Shown: positions 11,696 through 22,155, counted from the first letter of the stretch. The stretch: 64,000 nt of DNA from Candidatus Bathyarchaeota archaeon (GCA_963720565.1 CAVRFW010000009.1:224001-288000); one strand, 5' to 3'. Notes: a model not told the origin generated them from the letters alone. Translations and numbers: made by a program.

Positions 11696-12800
11696 TTAGC
11701 GCGCTCCCCTTCTAGCGCATTTGTCAACATTGAAGCCTCTTGTTCTCAACCACTCGGCTGTCTTGCCCATTACCACCATGGGTGTCTCTGGCAGGTTTTT
11801 CACTTTTTCTGCTCCCACCAAGAACATGGTGTTCCTCAATTCTTCAATCATTGACGACAGCAATCGTTCGACATCTTTCGGTCCCTTAATTGCTGCTTCA
11901 AGCACTGGCTGAGTAACGCTAGCTGAACAGGCATTAAGCGCCAAAGCTTTAGCTACGTCCGTTCCAGCAGCGTATTCCACCAGACGCGATTACCGGAATC
12001 TTGACTGTTTGTGTTGTTTCAATAAGGCTCACTGCGGTTGGGATCCCCCAATCCCAAAAGGCCTCTCCCGCAACACGTTGGTTGTTGTTGCCTTCTCCTT
12101 TTGCACGGTAGTATTCAACCGCTGCAAAGCTTGTGCCCCCCGTCCCTCCAACATCTAAGCCCTTAACACCTGCTGCTTCCAATCTTGCCGCTTCTTCTGC
12201 AGAAATGCCTGCACCGGTCTCTTTCACAATAACTGGTTTATCTAGGTTTTCCGAGATTTCGCTAATCCTCGCGAGGATTCCTTTGAAGTCAGTCTGTCCT
12301 TCAGGTTGAACAGTCTCTTGCAACGCATTTAAGTGCACTGCGACTGCGTCAGCATCAATCATTTCTACGATCCTTTTTACCTCTTTTAGACCGTATCCAT
12401 GGACGAGTTGCACCCCGCCTATGTTTGCGACTAAGAAAGCTTTAGGTGCTTTCTTCCTAGCTATGGAGAATGTTTCCTCCATTTCTTTGTCTTCAATGGC
12501 TGCTCTTTGGCTCCCCACTCCCATCCCTAAACCTAGTTTCTCTACGGTTTCAGCTATTGCAGCGTTTATGCGTGTGGCTTCGGCCGTTCCCCCTGTCATT
12601 GCACCCACCAGCAGCGGTGCGGAGAATTTGTGACCCAAAAAAGTCGTAGTTAAGTCGATTTTCTGTTTGCTGACTTCGGGAAGAGCTCGGTGCACAAACT
12701 GAATATCTTCGAATCCTGAGGTAGCTTTTCTAGCTTGAGCTTTCTGATCTAGACAAATCTTGATGTGGTCTGCCTTGCGTTTCTTAGTTTCTTCAGCCAA
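11696..12800 (-). CDS. fni: Type 2 isopentenyl-diphosphate delta-isomerase, split by one extra base at ~11966-11969
   Basis: RKADHI, HRALPE, MTGG, GVGSQR, QPEG, KETGAG, GGTSFA, ASGGIR; C-terminus (GTDVAKALAL...ELRNTMFLVGA) continues in another frame. Confidence 0.92.
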
Positions 12801-12802
12801 TC

Positions 12803-13603
12803 CTATTCTCTCTCAATAACCGTGCCTTCCACTTTTTCACCGATAAGAGCTTTATAAACACGGTTAGGCTTTGAAGCATTCACGATGATAACTTGGATTT
12901 TCTGTTCTATGGCTGGAACAAGCTCGCTTATTTTGCCGAGCATACCGCCTGTGACGTCGGTAGAGACTGATTTGCCCAGTTTGTTTTTAATTTGCCCGAG
13001 TTCCTCCAAGCTCAGGTGCGTGAATAATTTGGCGTTTCTGTTTACCTTGGGATCTGCATCATACAACCCGTCAGTATCTACTCCAATCACTATTCTTCTG
13101 GCCCCGAGTTTTCTTGCCAGATGGGAAACAAGTTGGTCGCCTGAAACCACCGTAAACCCCAACTTGTCATCCAGAGTAGCGTCTCCATAGAGAACAGGTG
13201 CAAAACCCATGTTTAGGTAGGTTTTCAAGATGGCTTCATCAAAAATTTTTATTCTGCCGTTTTCCGTTGTCACGCAGCATGAAGGTGCAACACTAATCGC
13301 TGGGATGTTGTGCCAGACGAGGGAATCCATTACTAAACCGTTGAGAACGGTCATCACGTGGTGTGTCTCTGCAAAACCCATTTTTTGGGCTTCTTCTCGC
13401 AAGCCTTCCTTTATGCCGTATTTTTGTGCAGTGGGATGTCCGAAGCTTCCTCCGCCGTGTACTATTACAAGTCTTTTCAACTGTGTTTTCTCGATTTCCT
13501 CTGAAAGACGGTTTATTGCTTGAGTTCGGGCAACAAGCTCGCTACTCTTATCCGTTATCACTGAACCGCCGATCTTCAAGACTGTAGCTTCCATTCCGTT
13601 CAT
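12803..13603 (-). CDS. Isopentenyl phosphate kinase
   Basis: LKIGGSVITDK, VHGGGSFGH, SGDQ, DVTGGM..K amino-acid-kinase-family motifs in a mevalonate operon; true start likely 13603 or 13594. Confidence 0.93.
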   Translation of the reverse strand: MNGMEATVLKIGGSVITDKSSELVARTQAINRLSEEIEKTQLKRLVIVHGGGSFGHPTAQKYGIKEGLREEAQKMGFAETHHVMTVLNGLVMDSLVWHNIPAISVAPSCCVTTENGRIKIFDEAILKTYLNMGFAPVLYGDATLDDKLGFTVVSGDQLVSHLARKLGARRIVIGVDTDGLYDADPKVNRNAKLFTHLSLEELGQIKNKLGKSVSTDVTGGMLGKISELVPAIEQKIQVIIVNASKPNRVYKALIGEKVEGTVIERE

Positions 13604-13641
13604 TCCTTCAATCCTCAATCCGTTTACGAGGTACTTGCAGA

Positions 13642-14031
13642 TTAATCTTGCACTATGATAACGACGTCGTTCTCTATTCGAATAGTGTCTCCCATCTTGA
13701 TCTGTGAAATGTCGATTTTGTCCACGCATGGTATTTCTGATATTATTGCGCCCACAGCGACTACGGTCTCGCATTCCTTGTTGATAATACCTGCGGGGCC
13801 AGTGCCGTTTTTCTTCATCCTATACAGCGTATAAGAGCCAACGGTCGATCCTTTCCCATTTGGAAAAACGAGTATTTTGTCCTTCACAGTTTTTCCATAG
13901 AGTTCATGTCCCTTTTCGATGACCTCTCCCGTGTTGGGATCTACTCCGCCGTAGAACGATATGGGCTGTACCGTCGTTAAGGCTTTTCCTTCTCCTTTGC
14001 CTTTTGATATGATTCTTCCTTTTAGCTCCAT
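13642..14031 (-). CDS. Aconitase X swivel subunit / phosphomevalonate dehydratase small subunit (DUF126)
   Basis: ISFYGGVDP.TG, FP.GKGSTVGSY motifs; start MELKGR at 14031. Confidence 0.92.
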   Translation of the reverse strand: MELKGRIISKGKGEGKALTTVQPISFYGGVDPNTGEVIEKGHELYGKTVKDKILVFPNGKGSTVGSYTLYRMKKNGTGPAGIINKECETVVAVGAIISEIPCVDKIDISQIKMGDTIRIENDVVIIVQD

Positions 14032-15218
14032 TTTCCCGTAACCGCCGCTTCTATGCATTCTTCTATGCTTCCCATTTTTGTTTTCATGTCGTTTTGCCTT
14101 GAGTAGAAGCATCCTTTTGCCGAAGTTGTAGCCAAAGCTTTGAATCTGCCCTTCAACGGAGCAACTGCCATACACGTGTCGCAAGCGAATTTTCCGCCAG
14201 CCTTCTCAATTGTTTCGGTGTAACCACGTTTGTCTGCGAGTTGCTTGGCTGTTCTTGATGTGGCAACCCAGAATTCTGTGTTCTCTGAGATTTTTCTGTC
14301 TTTAAGAAGTTCTGCGACTTCGGAGATTTCTTTGATCGAACAATGAGGGCAGCCTACACAGACGAAATCGATGTAGTCGACGTCATCGTTAATGTTGTCG
14401 TAGGCTTCTCTAATGTCGCGTTGCTCAATTGTGACAGTTTCCCTGGGCGTCTGAAGGTTCTCCGTATCTGGCGTTATGCCTTTCATGTAGAAAAGCGGTT
14501 TGGCACCGTATGTTACGACTGAAGCACAGAAAGACTTCAACTCGTCAAGTTCCGCATCTTTTATCCCTGTAATGTATGGTATTTTGTTTTCAGCTTTTCT
14601 GCCGATGGAGTAACCTAGAGCCCCCCAATCAGACAACTTTGTCAAGTTAGCATTTACTTGAATCTTGATGTCGGCGGCTCGGTTCTCGTCTAAATGCAAC
14701 CCGTAGCAGGGTGTCTTACCAACAAATGCAGCCGCCAGAGCTGATGGCCCCCCTTCCCTGTTTGTCCTTGCGCCAATTACCGAATTCGCGAAGGTGACTG
14801 CTGAAGATTCGGACCAAGCGAGGTGTTCTCCATATCTTGGGAGGTTACCTATCAAATAGGGCGTACATGTGCAAGAGATGAGTATGCCCATTCGGCTAAA
14901 CGCATCGATCACTTGGTTTTGCTTCTCGGCGAATTCTTGACTGATGCCAAGTTGTCGCCAGTTCTCTAAGTCCATTCCAGCAGGATTCAAGGTGGTGAGC
15001 ACTTTTACTTGTCCGTCTCTTGCCAACTCGTTTAAGAATTCTAGTCCCGCATCGCCGAGGTTGTGGTACGAAACCCCTGCTACTTGGACGCTGCCAACTT
15101 TGACAAGGCGATCAGCACCATAAATATTGCCGAGAGCGACAAGTATCTCCATGCTTTTCTGGACAGCGTATCCTTCTTCACCGTCGAACATTCGTTGTTC
15201 TTTTTCTGTAAGATACAT
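14022..15218 (-). CDS. Aconitase X catalytic subunit / phosphomevalonate dehydratase large subunit (DUF521)
   Basis: MYLT, GVSY, CTCTPY, WSESSA..FANSV.GARTNRE, GCPHCS, DTCM motifs. Confidence 0.94.
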   Translation of the reverse strand: MYLTEKEQRMFDGEEGYAVQKSMEILVALGNIYGADRLVKVGSVQVAGVSYHNLGDAGLEFLNELARDGQVKVLTTLNPAGMDLENWRQLGISQEFAEKQNQVIDAFSRMGILISCTCTPYLIGNLPRYGEHLAWSESSAVTFANSVIGARTNREGGPSALAAAFVGKTPCYGLHLDENRAADIKIQVNANLTKLSDWGALGYSIGRKAENKIPYITGIKDAELDELKSFCASVVTYGAKPLFYMKGITPDTENLQTPRETVTIEQRDIREAYDNINDDVDYIDFVCVGCPHCSIKEISEVAELLKDRKISENTEFWVATSRTAKQLADKRGYTETIEKAGGKFACDTCMAVAPLKGRFKALATTSAKGCFYSRQNDMKTKMGSIEECIEAAVTGKWS

Positions 15219-15225
15219 GGTGACA

Positions 15226-16536
15226 TCACAGGTAACTGCTTAGGTTAACTTTTTTATATCTTTCTTTGGTGAAGCTCTTGTCTGTTTTTCCGAAAGGAAT
15301 AGTAGCGTCCAAACCCATTTTGCTTGTGGTGGCCTTTTTTCCCTCAGTTAAGTCTCCCGATGGATCCAGAGATGAACCTGGCTGATTTGACATGATGACG
15401 GTATTCTTGTCTGCTTGGTACCTGGTTGCGATAGCCCATTCGACCTCGTTAGGGTTGTAAATGTCGATGTCTTCATCCACTATGACGCAGTGTTTCAGTG
15501 ATTTGTGTCCGTCGAATGTAGCGTAGATTGCTTTTTTTCCGTCGTCCGTATTCTTCTTCTTTATCTGCACGACAGCATGAAGCCAACTGCAACCGCCAGG
15601 AGTTATGAAAACATCTTTACACTCGCAGACTCTGTTAACCTCGCTAAAGATTGTTGGTTCTTTGGGCATTCCCATTAGAAACTGATGTTCTTTTCGTCCT
15701 GGAAGTAATGTTTGGTAAATCGGCATTTCCTTATGAGTGACGCATTTAATTTCTATGATCGGTTGCTGTCTTATCCGGTCGATGGTTCCAGTCGTATCTA
15801 GGAATGGGCCTTCTGCGGTTTTCTGTTTGGTTATTCTTCCTTCAAGGACGATTTCGCACTGTTTTGGAACTTCGAGGTTTATGGTTTTACACTTCACTAA
15901 TTCAGTTTTCTCCAGTGCATTTGCCATTCCCAACTCGTCAACACCCATTGGCAGGGTCGTGGCGGCAGCGAGGAGAACAGCTGTTGAATTGCCTATACAT
16001 ATGGCTATGTCTAGTTCTCCACCGGATTTCTTGAGGGCTGTATCCGTCCCTCGGTTCTCAACGATTCTGGCTACGAAATGGTTCTTGTCAAGCAGCATTA
16101 ACCGGTGAAAACTCATGTTTCTGGCGCCGAACTCGGGGTCACGTACGATAGAGACGGCGGATGCAATGTATTTTCCCCCATCTTTTTCTGTATAGCGCAT
16201 TATTGGTAGCTCTGTTAAATCTACATCTTGTTCGATTATTTCCTGACATTCGCCTTTGTCTGCAATTTCTGGCACAACAGGATTGCTTAGAGCATAGGCT
16301 AACTTGTGCAGCAACTCGTTTCTCCCCATGCCTAAAGCTCGGGCAAACAAGTCCTTTGAAGACAATAACCCTGCAACAGCAGGCATTTCTGTTTCTTTGA
16401 TTTTTTCGAAGATTACAGGTTTTTCACCGAGCGCTTCCACTATGCCTGCCATCTCATACTCAGTTGAGACTTCCTTTCTTATCCGAATTAATTCTCCGCT
16501 TTTGCTTAGCTGTTCCAAGAAAGTTCTAAAATCCAC
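15226..16536 (-). CDS. UbiD-family decarboxylase, probable trans-anhydromevalonate 5-phosphate decarboxylase
   Basis: DGGKYI, N.S.HR, EIVLEG, EGPF, VDEDIDI, VEWAIATR, SSLDPS, KMGLDAT; lies between mvk and acnX. Confidence 0.9.
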   Translation of the reverse strand: MDFRTFLEQLSKSGELIRIRKEVSTEYEMAGIVEALGEKPVIFEKIKETEMPAVAGLLSSKDLFARALGMGRNELLHKLAYALSNPVVPEIADKGECQEIIEQDVDLTELPIMRYTEKDGGKYIASAVSIVRDPEFGARNMSFHRLMLLDKNHFVARIVENRGTDTALKKSGGELDIAICIGNSTAVLLAAATTLPMGVDELGMANALEKTELVKCKTINLEVPKQCEIVLEGRITKQKTAEGPFLDTTGTIDRIRQQPIIEIKCVTHKEMPIYQTLLPGRKEHQFLMGMPKEPTIFSEVNRVCECKDVFITPGGCSWLHAVVQIKKKNTDDGKKAIYATFDGHKSLKHCVIVDEDIDIYNPNEVEWAIATRYQADKNTVIMSNQPGSSLDPSGDLTEGKKATTSKMGLDATIPFGKTDKSFTKERYKKVNLSSYL

Positions 16537-16576
16537 GGTGTATTCGACCTTGCTTTCATAATTATTGCGAATTCAC

Positions 16577-17518
16577 TTATATTTTTTGGAATCCGATTTT
16601 TGTTCGCAGCACTTCAAATCCTTCTTTCTCAATGGCTTTTGCCACTTTCTCCTGCAGTTCTTCTCCAGGAGTCAGCGCGGTCATGCAGCCTCCGCCCCCG
16701 CCACCTGTGAGTTTTGCGCCAAAAGCGCCTTGCGTTCTGGCGACTTCTACAAGGTGGTCAAGCTTTTGGCAGGAAACTTGGATTTCTTGCAGCAACTGAT
16801 GGTTTTCGTTCATTAGTTCACCGACTTTTTTGAGGTTAAATTCTTGGAGGGCTTTTCTCCCTGCGAATGCTACCTCTTCTGCACGCTTGAAAAGGGCGCA
16901 GTATTTTTGTGAGTTTTTCCTCTTCCTCTCTGCAACACCTTCCACCATGGCTTTGGTGTTCGCTACTATTCCGGTGCTGCCTATGACGATTTCAACGGGT
17001 CTTTTTATGGTTAGTCTCTCAAACAAGTCGGGTCCGCCGCTCATGTTTTTCTTGAACCACATTAATCCCCCGTAAGTTGCTGCGGTGTTGTCTATACCAG
17101 AAGGATTTCCAGCGTAAGCCTTCTCTGCTTCGTAAGCGATTTGATTTATCTTTTCATCTGGCAAGCTTCTGCCAAATTCTTGCGCGATTGCCCTAACGAT
17201 GGCGACGCTGCTTGCTGCAGAAGCGCCGAGTCCGCTGAAACCTGGAAGACTTCCCCCTATCCAGATGCTCAATGGCGTTCTGGGGTCAATTTCCATGGTT
17301 TTGAGCACTCTTTCTATTGATTCCAATTGCTGAAGACGTTTTTCTTCACTGTAGCCTTTCGCCGTTCTTCTTTCATCCTTTATCTTGATTCTTTTTCCAG
17401 TTTTTTTCACTTCTGCGTCATTGGTTGAATCAATGGCAGAAACGATTCCAGGCACGCCGTGGACGACGAAGTGTTCGCCGAACAAAATCACCTTTCCGAA
17501 CCCTGACCCTTTACCCAT
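16577..17518 (-). CDS. mvk: Mevalonate kinase
   Basis: GKVILFGEHFVVHG, GLGASAA, PSGIDN, GAKLTGGGGGG GHMP kinase motifs. Confidence 0.95.
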   Translation of the reverse strand: MGKGSGFGKVILFGEHFVVHGVPGIVSAIDSTNDAEVKKTGKRIKIKDERRTAKGYSEEKRLQQLESIERVLKTMEIDPRTPLSIWIGGSLPGFSGLGASAASSVAIVRAIAQEFGRSLPDEKINQIAYEAEKAYAGNPSGIDNTAATYGGLMWFKKNMSGGPDLFERLTIKRPVEIVIGSTGIVANTKAMVEGVAERKRKNSQKYCALFKRAEEVAFAGRKALQEFNLKKVGELMNENHQLLQEIQVSCQKLDHLVEVARTQGAFGAKLTGGGGGGCMTALTPGEELQEKVAKAIEKEGFEVLRTKIGFQKI

Positions 17519-17874
17519 CTTGGAGCACCGTGAATGGATAGATATGATTAGAACAGATAAAAATATTCTTTCTATGCGCTGGATTAAGCTCTAGACGCGC
17601 ATAATCTTCTTCTCTTTCTAAGACCAGCTGCGCAGGTTTGATTAGTTTTATGTCTCGGAAAAGGTCTGTGATTCATCCATGCTCTTTGATTCCCGAATTT
17701 TTGCTAAATGAATCTGCTATGTTGTGGAGTTTTCTTTGTTCATTCAAACGCGAAAAAATCTTTCAGATCTTCCTCGTTTCTTTAAAAATAGTTGCAGCAT
17801 AAGTTACACCGCAGGTTAATAGCTTTTCAAGGGCTAACAAAGGTGTCCGACTTGGTGGTTAGCTAACATCATCA

Positions 17875-18405
17875 CTATTCCCTAGCATGCTTAATAATGT
17901 GTGGAGCCTCGGGCGCTATAAGCAATTCGACGGATATTCGAACAGCGTCAGATGAACCCGGTATACAGAATAACACTTTTCCTTTAGTCACTCCAGCCAC
18001 AGCGCGTGACATTACCGCGGCGGAGCCCATCTTGTCATAACTCAAACGCCTAAAAATCTCGCCAAATCCGGGAAGTGTCTTCTCAAAGAAAGGTGAAGTC
18101 GCTTCTATGGTAACATCAGAAGGAGTGATTCCTGTGCCACCGCAGAAAATTGCGGAGTCTATGGCAGGATTATCCAAGACGCTCTTCACTGCATGATTAA
18201 TCATTACCATATCGTCTGAAAGGATTCTCTTAAATAAAACATTGTGACCAGCCTTTTTCAGAAAGAACTCGATGGTGTCACCCGAGACATCAGTTGCTTC
18301 TTCGCCCTTCTGCATGGATAAGTACCGAGATGTGCTGCAAATAAAAACGGCGAAGTTCAGAGTCTTTGGTGCTTGTGCCTTGTGCATTTTAGTGCTTTTG
18401 CTCAC
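17875..18405 (-). CDS. moaB: Molybdenum cofactor biosynthesis protein B (MoaB/Mog family)
   Basis: DVSG, GGTGITPSDVT.EA, LPGFGE.FR.LS, SRA.AG, PGS. Confidence 0.93.
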   Translation of the reverse strand: MSKSTKMHKAQAPKTLNFAVFICSTSRYLSMQKGEEATDVSGDTIEFFLKKAGHNVLFKRILSDDMVMINHAVKSVLDNPAIDSAIFCGGTGITPSDVTIEATSPFFEKTLPGFGEIFRRLSYDKMGSAAVMSRAVAGVTKGKVLFCIPGSSDAVRISVELLIAPEAPHIIKHARE

Positions 18406-18848
18406 GACTGCAGCACCTGCTTCAACTTCTTAACTACATGGATGTTTTCAATCGCAGTCGTTGGGTATTGCCCTTCAGAATTCTTCTCATATTGCTTCAC
18501 CATGTCCCAAACTGTCAGTAAACCCGCTGAAACAGCCGCAAGTGCTTCCATCTCCACGCCAGTTTGAGCATTAGCTTTGACTGTCGCTGACACCTCAACC
18601 CTGGATTTGTCCAAAACCTTGGCTTGCACTTTTACACTTGTCAATGGCAGCGGATGACACAGAGGAATGAGGCTGCTTGTTTTCTTAGCGGCGAGGATTC
18701 CTGCGATTTTTGCTGTATAAAGCGGGTCGCCTTTTGCAGCTTTGCCTTCTTGAACTATTTTCACCGTTTCGACCTTCAACCTAATAGTTCCTTTGGCAGT
18801 TGCTTCCCTGTAAACTTCCGCTTTGCAGGAAACATCAACCATCGTCAT
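18402..18848 (-). CDS. moaC: Cyclic pyranopterin monophosphate synthase MoaC
   Basis: MVDVS.K, KGDPL, LIPLCHP, TGVEMEAL, WDMVK. Confidence 0.96.
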   Translation of the reverse strand: MTMVDVSCKAEVYREATAKGTIRLKVETVKIVQEGKAAKGDPLYTAKIAGILAAKKTSSLIPLCHPLPLTSVKVQAKVLDKSRVEVSATVKANAQTGVEMEALAAVSAGLLTVWDMVKQYEKNSEGQYPTTAIENIHVVKKLKQVLQS

Positions 18849-19148
18849 CTATTTGTCCCCCAGATTTGATGCGTTCGATTGCTTATTTACCTGCTCCCAA
18901 ACCTCTATTAGGTTTTCTACCGCACGCGCTTTGGGTGAAGCTTCGTTGAACTTGTAGATGCGGATTCTTCCATAGACTGTTTGCTGAATTATGCCTTCAG
19001 CCTCCAGCAATATTAGATGTCTGTTTGTTGTTGAGTAATTTAGGCTTATTCTTCGCGCTATCTCGGAAACGTTAACCGCGCCCAACCTGGTGAGAAGCTT
19101 TAGAATTTTCATCCGTGGCTTTGAAGAAAACACGTCTTCCACATGCAT
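18849..19148 (-). CDS. ArsR-like winged-helix DNA-binding protein
   Basis: RMKILKLL..NVSEIARR..NYSTT.RHL..LE..GII HTH pattern; start 19148 or 19157. Confidence 0.85.
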   Translation of the reverse strand: MHVEDVFSSKPRMKILKLLTRLGAVNVSEIARRISLNYSTTNRHLILLEAEGIIQQTVYGRIRIYKFNEASPKARAVENLIEVWEQVNKQSNASNLGDK

Positions 19149-19379
19149 AAGTATCACGTCTTCATCTTTTTCCGGGGGGATGCAGTTAAGTCTTTTTGCT
19201 CCAAAGATGAACCTTGGTTCAAGTTTTGTAGCAACCCGTTCGAGTTACATAGAATAGAAAACGTAAGCATAATATTCTGAGTATTTGCGGAAAAAATTAA
19301 TCTCTAATTCTTCACATTAGAATACTTGCTCTGCACTTTCTTTGTTTCGATACTGTGCACCCCAAAAAACATCATCCAG

Positions 19380-20561
19380 CTATTCATCTCGCTCTAAAGA
19401 AGTCGTTAGTTCTTTTTCCAGTTGGGTTGCTGGAACCGTTGGTAACGAAATACGCGTAGCTCTTCCCCGAGTGCCAATTGAAGCGACTTCGGTTTTTAGT
19501 ATGCCCAACGCAGACAGGAGCTGAACGTAGTTCCAGAGTTGAGTATGACTATTAGGCTTTTCCCCGTATTCTTCACATACGACGGCGTAAGCCTTTTCAA
19601 CATCCGACAAAGATGCATAACCCTTCTGAGCATCCTTAAAAATCCGGACCGCGCCTAGCAAGAACAGTTTTTCATGTCTTCCAAGGGAGGATAACTCGCT
19701 CTTGTGCAAAGTAGGAATTATGCTAGAAACTGCTTCTCTAACGCATTCGGGTTCTACTTCGTCCATGTTCTCTGCATCTGCGTACTTTCCAGCGCGCCAC
19801 AACAACTCAATAGCGAAGCGAGCATTCCCACTCTCTGAAACAGCTAGCTCTGTAACCAGATCAACAACATCCTCTCCTACTACGTTAGGCTCGAAAGCCA
19901 TAGCCACTCTATCGCTCAGGATAGCTTTGAGTTGGGCTTTGTCATATCTTTCTAGGTTAATCACGTTACGTTGCAAAGTGCTTCGTGCACTTGCGTCTAA
20001 CTTCTCGACGGCTCTTAGGTCCCGCAAAATACACAACAGCGAGATGCGTTGTGGTTTTCCGGCTCGCATTTCCTGAAGTCGCGTCAGCGAATAAACAGTC
20101 TCCGAGCCTTCTTTTTCAATAAGTGTGTCAAATTCGTCCAAAGTTAGGATAACAAAAGCGTTTTCCTCATCCAAAATCTGCATTAAGGTTCTTAGAACCT
20201 CTTCAGTTGAGTAGCCCCGGCTAGGGAAAGTCGGGCGAAAGGCAGTTAACGCGTGCTGGAGTACGAAGAAGAGTTTGCCACGGTATTCGCGGCAGTTAAT
20301 ATGAATAAAACGGAATTTCAGGTTTTGCTTATTCGCTTCAAGAGTAATGTCAGCGCCAAATCGTCGGGCGAGTGCTGTTTTTCCGGTGCCTACATCGCCT
20401 GTTATGATTACTCGTTGTGTCATGCGTTCGGGGAAATGCAAGAGGAAATTGAAGAATTCCATGAGTAAGCGGCGCTCTTTCTCCCTGTGGGGCAGGCGGG
20501 GTGGAACGTAGTTTATGTCAAGTTTTGTCTCATCTTTAAATACGCTTTTGTGAAACATCAA
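19380..20561 (-). CDS. cdc6: Orc1/Cdc6 family AAA+ protein (resembles the Orc1-2/Cdc6-2 clade)
   Basis: YVP..LPHRE, Walker A GDVGTGKT, HINC, LDEFD Walker B, GNARFAI sensor-2, C-terminal winged helix with RGRAT.I. Confidence 0.94.
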   Translation of the reverse strand: MMFHKSVFKDETKLDINYVPPRLPHREKERRLLMEFFNFLLHFPERMTQRVIITGDVGTGKTALARRFGADITLEANKQNLKFRFIHINCREYRGKLFFVLQHALTAFRPTFPSRGYSTEEVLRTLMQILDEENAFVILTLDEFDTLIEKEGSETVYSLTRLQEMRAGKPQRISLLCILRDLRAVEKLDASARSTLQRNVINLERYDKAQLKAILSDRVAMAFEPNVVGEDVVDLVTELAVSESGNARFAIELLWRAGKYADAENMDEVEPECVREAVSSIIPTLHKSELSSLGRHEKLFLLGAVRIFKDAQKGYASLSDVEKAYAVVCEEYGEKPNSHTQLWNYVQLLSALGILKTEVASIGTRGRATRISLPTVPATQLEKELTTSLERDE

Positions 20562-21433
20562 GGTTTGTGCCTGACCTTAGCCGTTCGTCATCCGCTTTTT
20601 TCGTTTGGTTGTTAGTGACTGCTAATTTCTGAAACAAACACTAATTTAAATGCATTAGGAGAGTTCTTTCTTTATTGTGGTTTTTTTCGAGGTTAGTGCT
20701 TCATCTTTTTGATAGTTCTTCACCGTTAGGGTCACATACGGACTCAAAGTCTGTATCTGCAATTTCGCAAGCTTCTACTCTCGCTTGACGCTTTTTCAAA
20801 ATAGTCATTGGGAGTTATTGCTTAGTTGTTGATAACCAGCTTTAGGAATCAGTTGTTTATCAACTACTACTATCAAAGTCTTCGATTTTCAGTCAAAAAA
20901 TAGCCTGTATCTACCCTCAGGACGCTATCAAAAGCTATGTAGAGCAAGGCGATCGGAAACTTCGACCGCCTATGTTTCTCTCCAAAATCCCAATCACATG
21001 TGAACGCAGTAATGCGTATTCAATAGCCTCCGTAGTCTCTTCTAACAGCGCATGGAAAAGAAAAGAATTCATTTTCATTTGGCGCAATGCTTGTGTCTTA
21101 CTCGAATCCGTTATTGAAGCAGTTGGTTCTGCTTCAGAGTAGTAGGAGAAGAACAATCATTTTGACGTGCGAATTCAAAGTCCTTCTTCCAAACACTGCG
21201 AGATGTATGCCTATATGGAGGAATTGTTTGTCAACAAATGTTTACTAAGAATATGGAGTGTCAAGCGGGTTTGATATTGCAACGTTGACAAAGAATCTTC
21301 TTCAACTGACAAGTTTAAATCTTCAAAAAAACTGAAGGGTTAGTGCAGCCTATTATTTTTGGTAGGACATTGGAGATTTCTTCATAAAAACCTTTTTAAA
21401 TGAATTATGTGAATTCTATTTCCGATACATCAA

Positions 21434-22009
21434 ATGATACCCAAATATTTCTTTCTAACTAAGGGAGTTGGCAGACATAAAGAACAACTCCAAAGCTTCG
21501 AACTAGCTCTAAGAGACGCTGGCATCCACTATTGCAACCTTGTTAATGTCTCAAGCATAGTGCCGCCTGGCTGCAAATTGGTTTCAAGAGAGCAGGGACT
21601 AAAGATGGTGCAGCCGGGAGAAATAACCTTCGTTGTAATCGCTAGGAATGCCACCAATGAACCGCATAGGCTGCTGGCATCATCTATAGGAGTAGCCATT
21701 CCGTCGCGTAAGAACCAGTATGGCTATCTGTCTGAACATCATTCTTATGGGCAAACTGATGGCAAAGCCGGAGACTACGCAGAGGACCTAGCTGCAACAA
21801 TGCTCGCAACTACCATGGGGATTCAGTTTGACCCTGAAACAGCTTGGGATGAAAGAAAACAGCTTTTCAAAACCAGTGGCATGATAATCAAAACAACCAA
21901 CATAACCCAGACGGCGATAGGAGACAAAACCGGGATGTGGACAACAACAGTGTCTGCAGCAGTTTTTGTTCCCGCGAAGAACGGCAAACTTGGAAAACCT
22001 ACGCAATAA
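21434..22009 (+). CDS. pdaD: Pyruvoyl-dependent arginine decarboxylase
   Basis: [20 protein letters not shown] self-cleavage site, [17 protein letters not shown]. Confidence 0.93.
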   Translation: MIPKYFFLTKGVGRHKEQLQSFELALRDAGIHYCNLVNVSSIVPPGCKLVSREQGLKMVQPGEITFVVIARNATNEPHRLLASSIGVAIPSRKNQYGYLSEHHSYGQTDGKAGDYAEDLAATMLATTMGIQFDPETAWDERKQLFKTSGMIIKTTNITQTAIGDKTGMWTTTVSAAVFVPAKNGKLGKPTQ

Positions 22010-22155
22010 CACCAAGCACTATTGGAATAGTGTCTTATGCTTAAGAATAATTGATGGAGAAATTGCCAGTTGGCGGGAAGGAGTTAGTCCGCGCCTCAAG
22101 ATGCAAAAGTCTTTAACCCGTTTTTGATTATGAATCGAAAAGAAAGGAATAGTCT

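Noticed and set aside
11949..11980. Programmed frameshifting in fni (and in tupA, ybaN, DGGGP synthase)
   Set aside because: No shared slippery motif or stimulatory structure; all are +1 insertions, better explained by sequencing error
13604..13774. N-terminal extensions given by the ORF track for ipk (also acnX small, galT, glyS, tpiA, psmB)
   Set aside because: They overlap neighbouring genes or promoters; downstream starts fit the conserved N-termini better
20935..21156. 73-aa ORF in the cdc6 upstream region
   Set aside because: No RBS or recognisable motifs; weak TTG start
20562..21433. Canonical ORB-containing replication origin next to cdc6
   Set aside because: No TCCA-N-TGGA/G-string ORB motif seen; kept only as a non-canonical candidate
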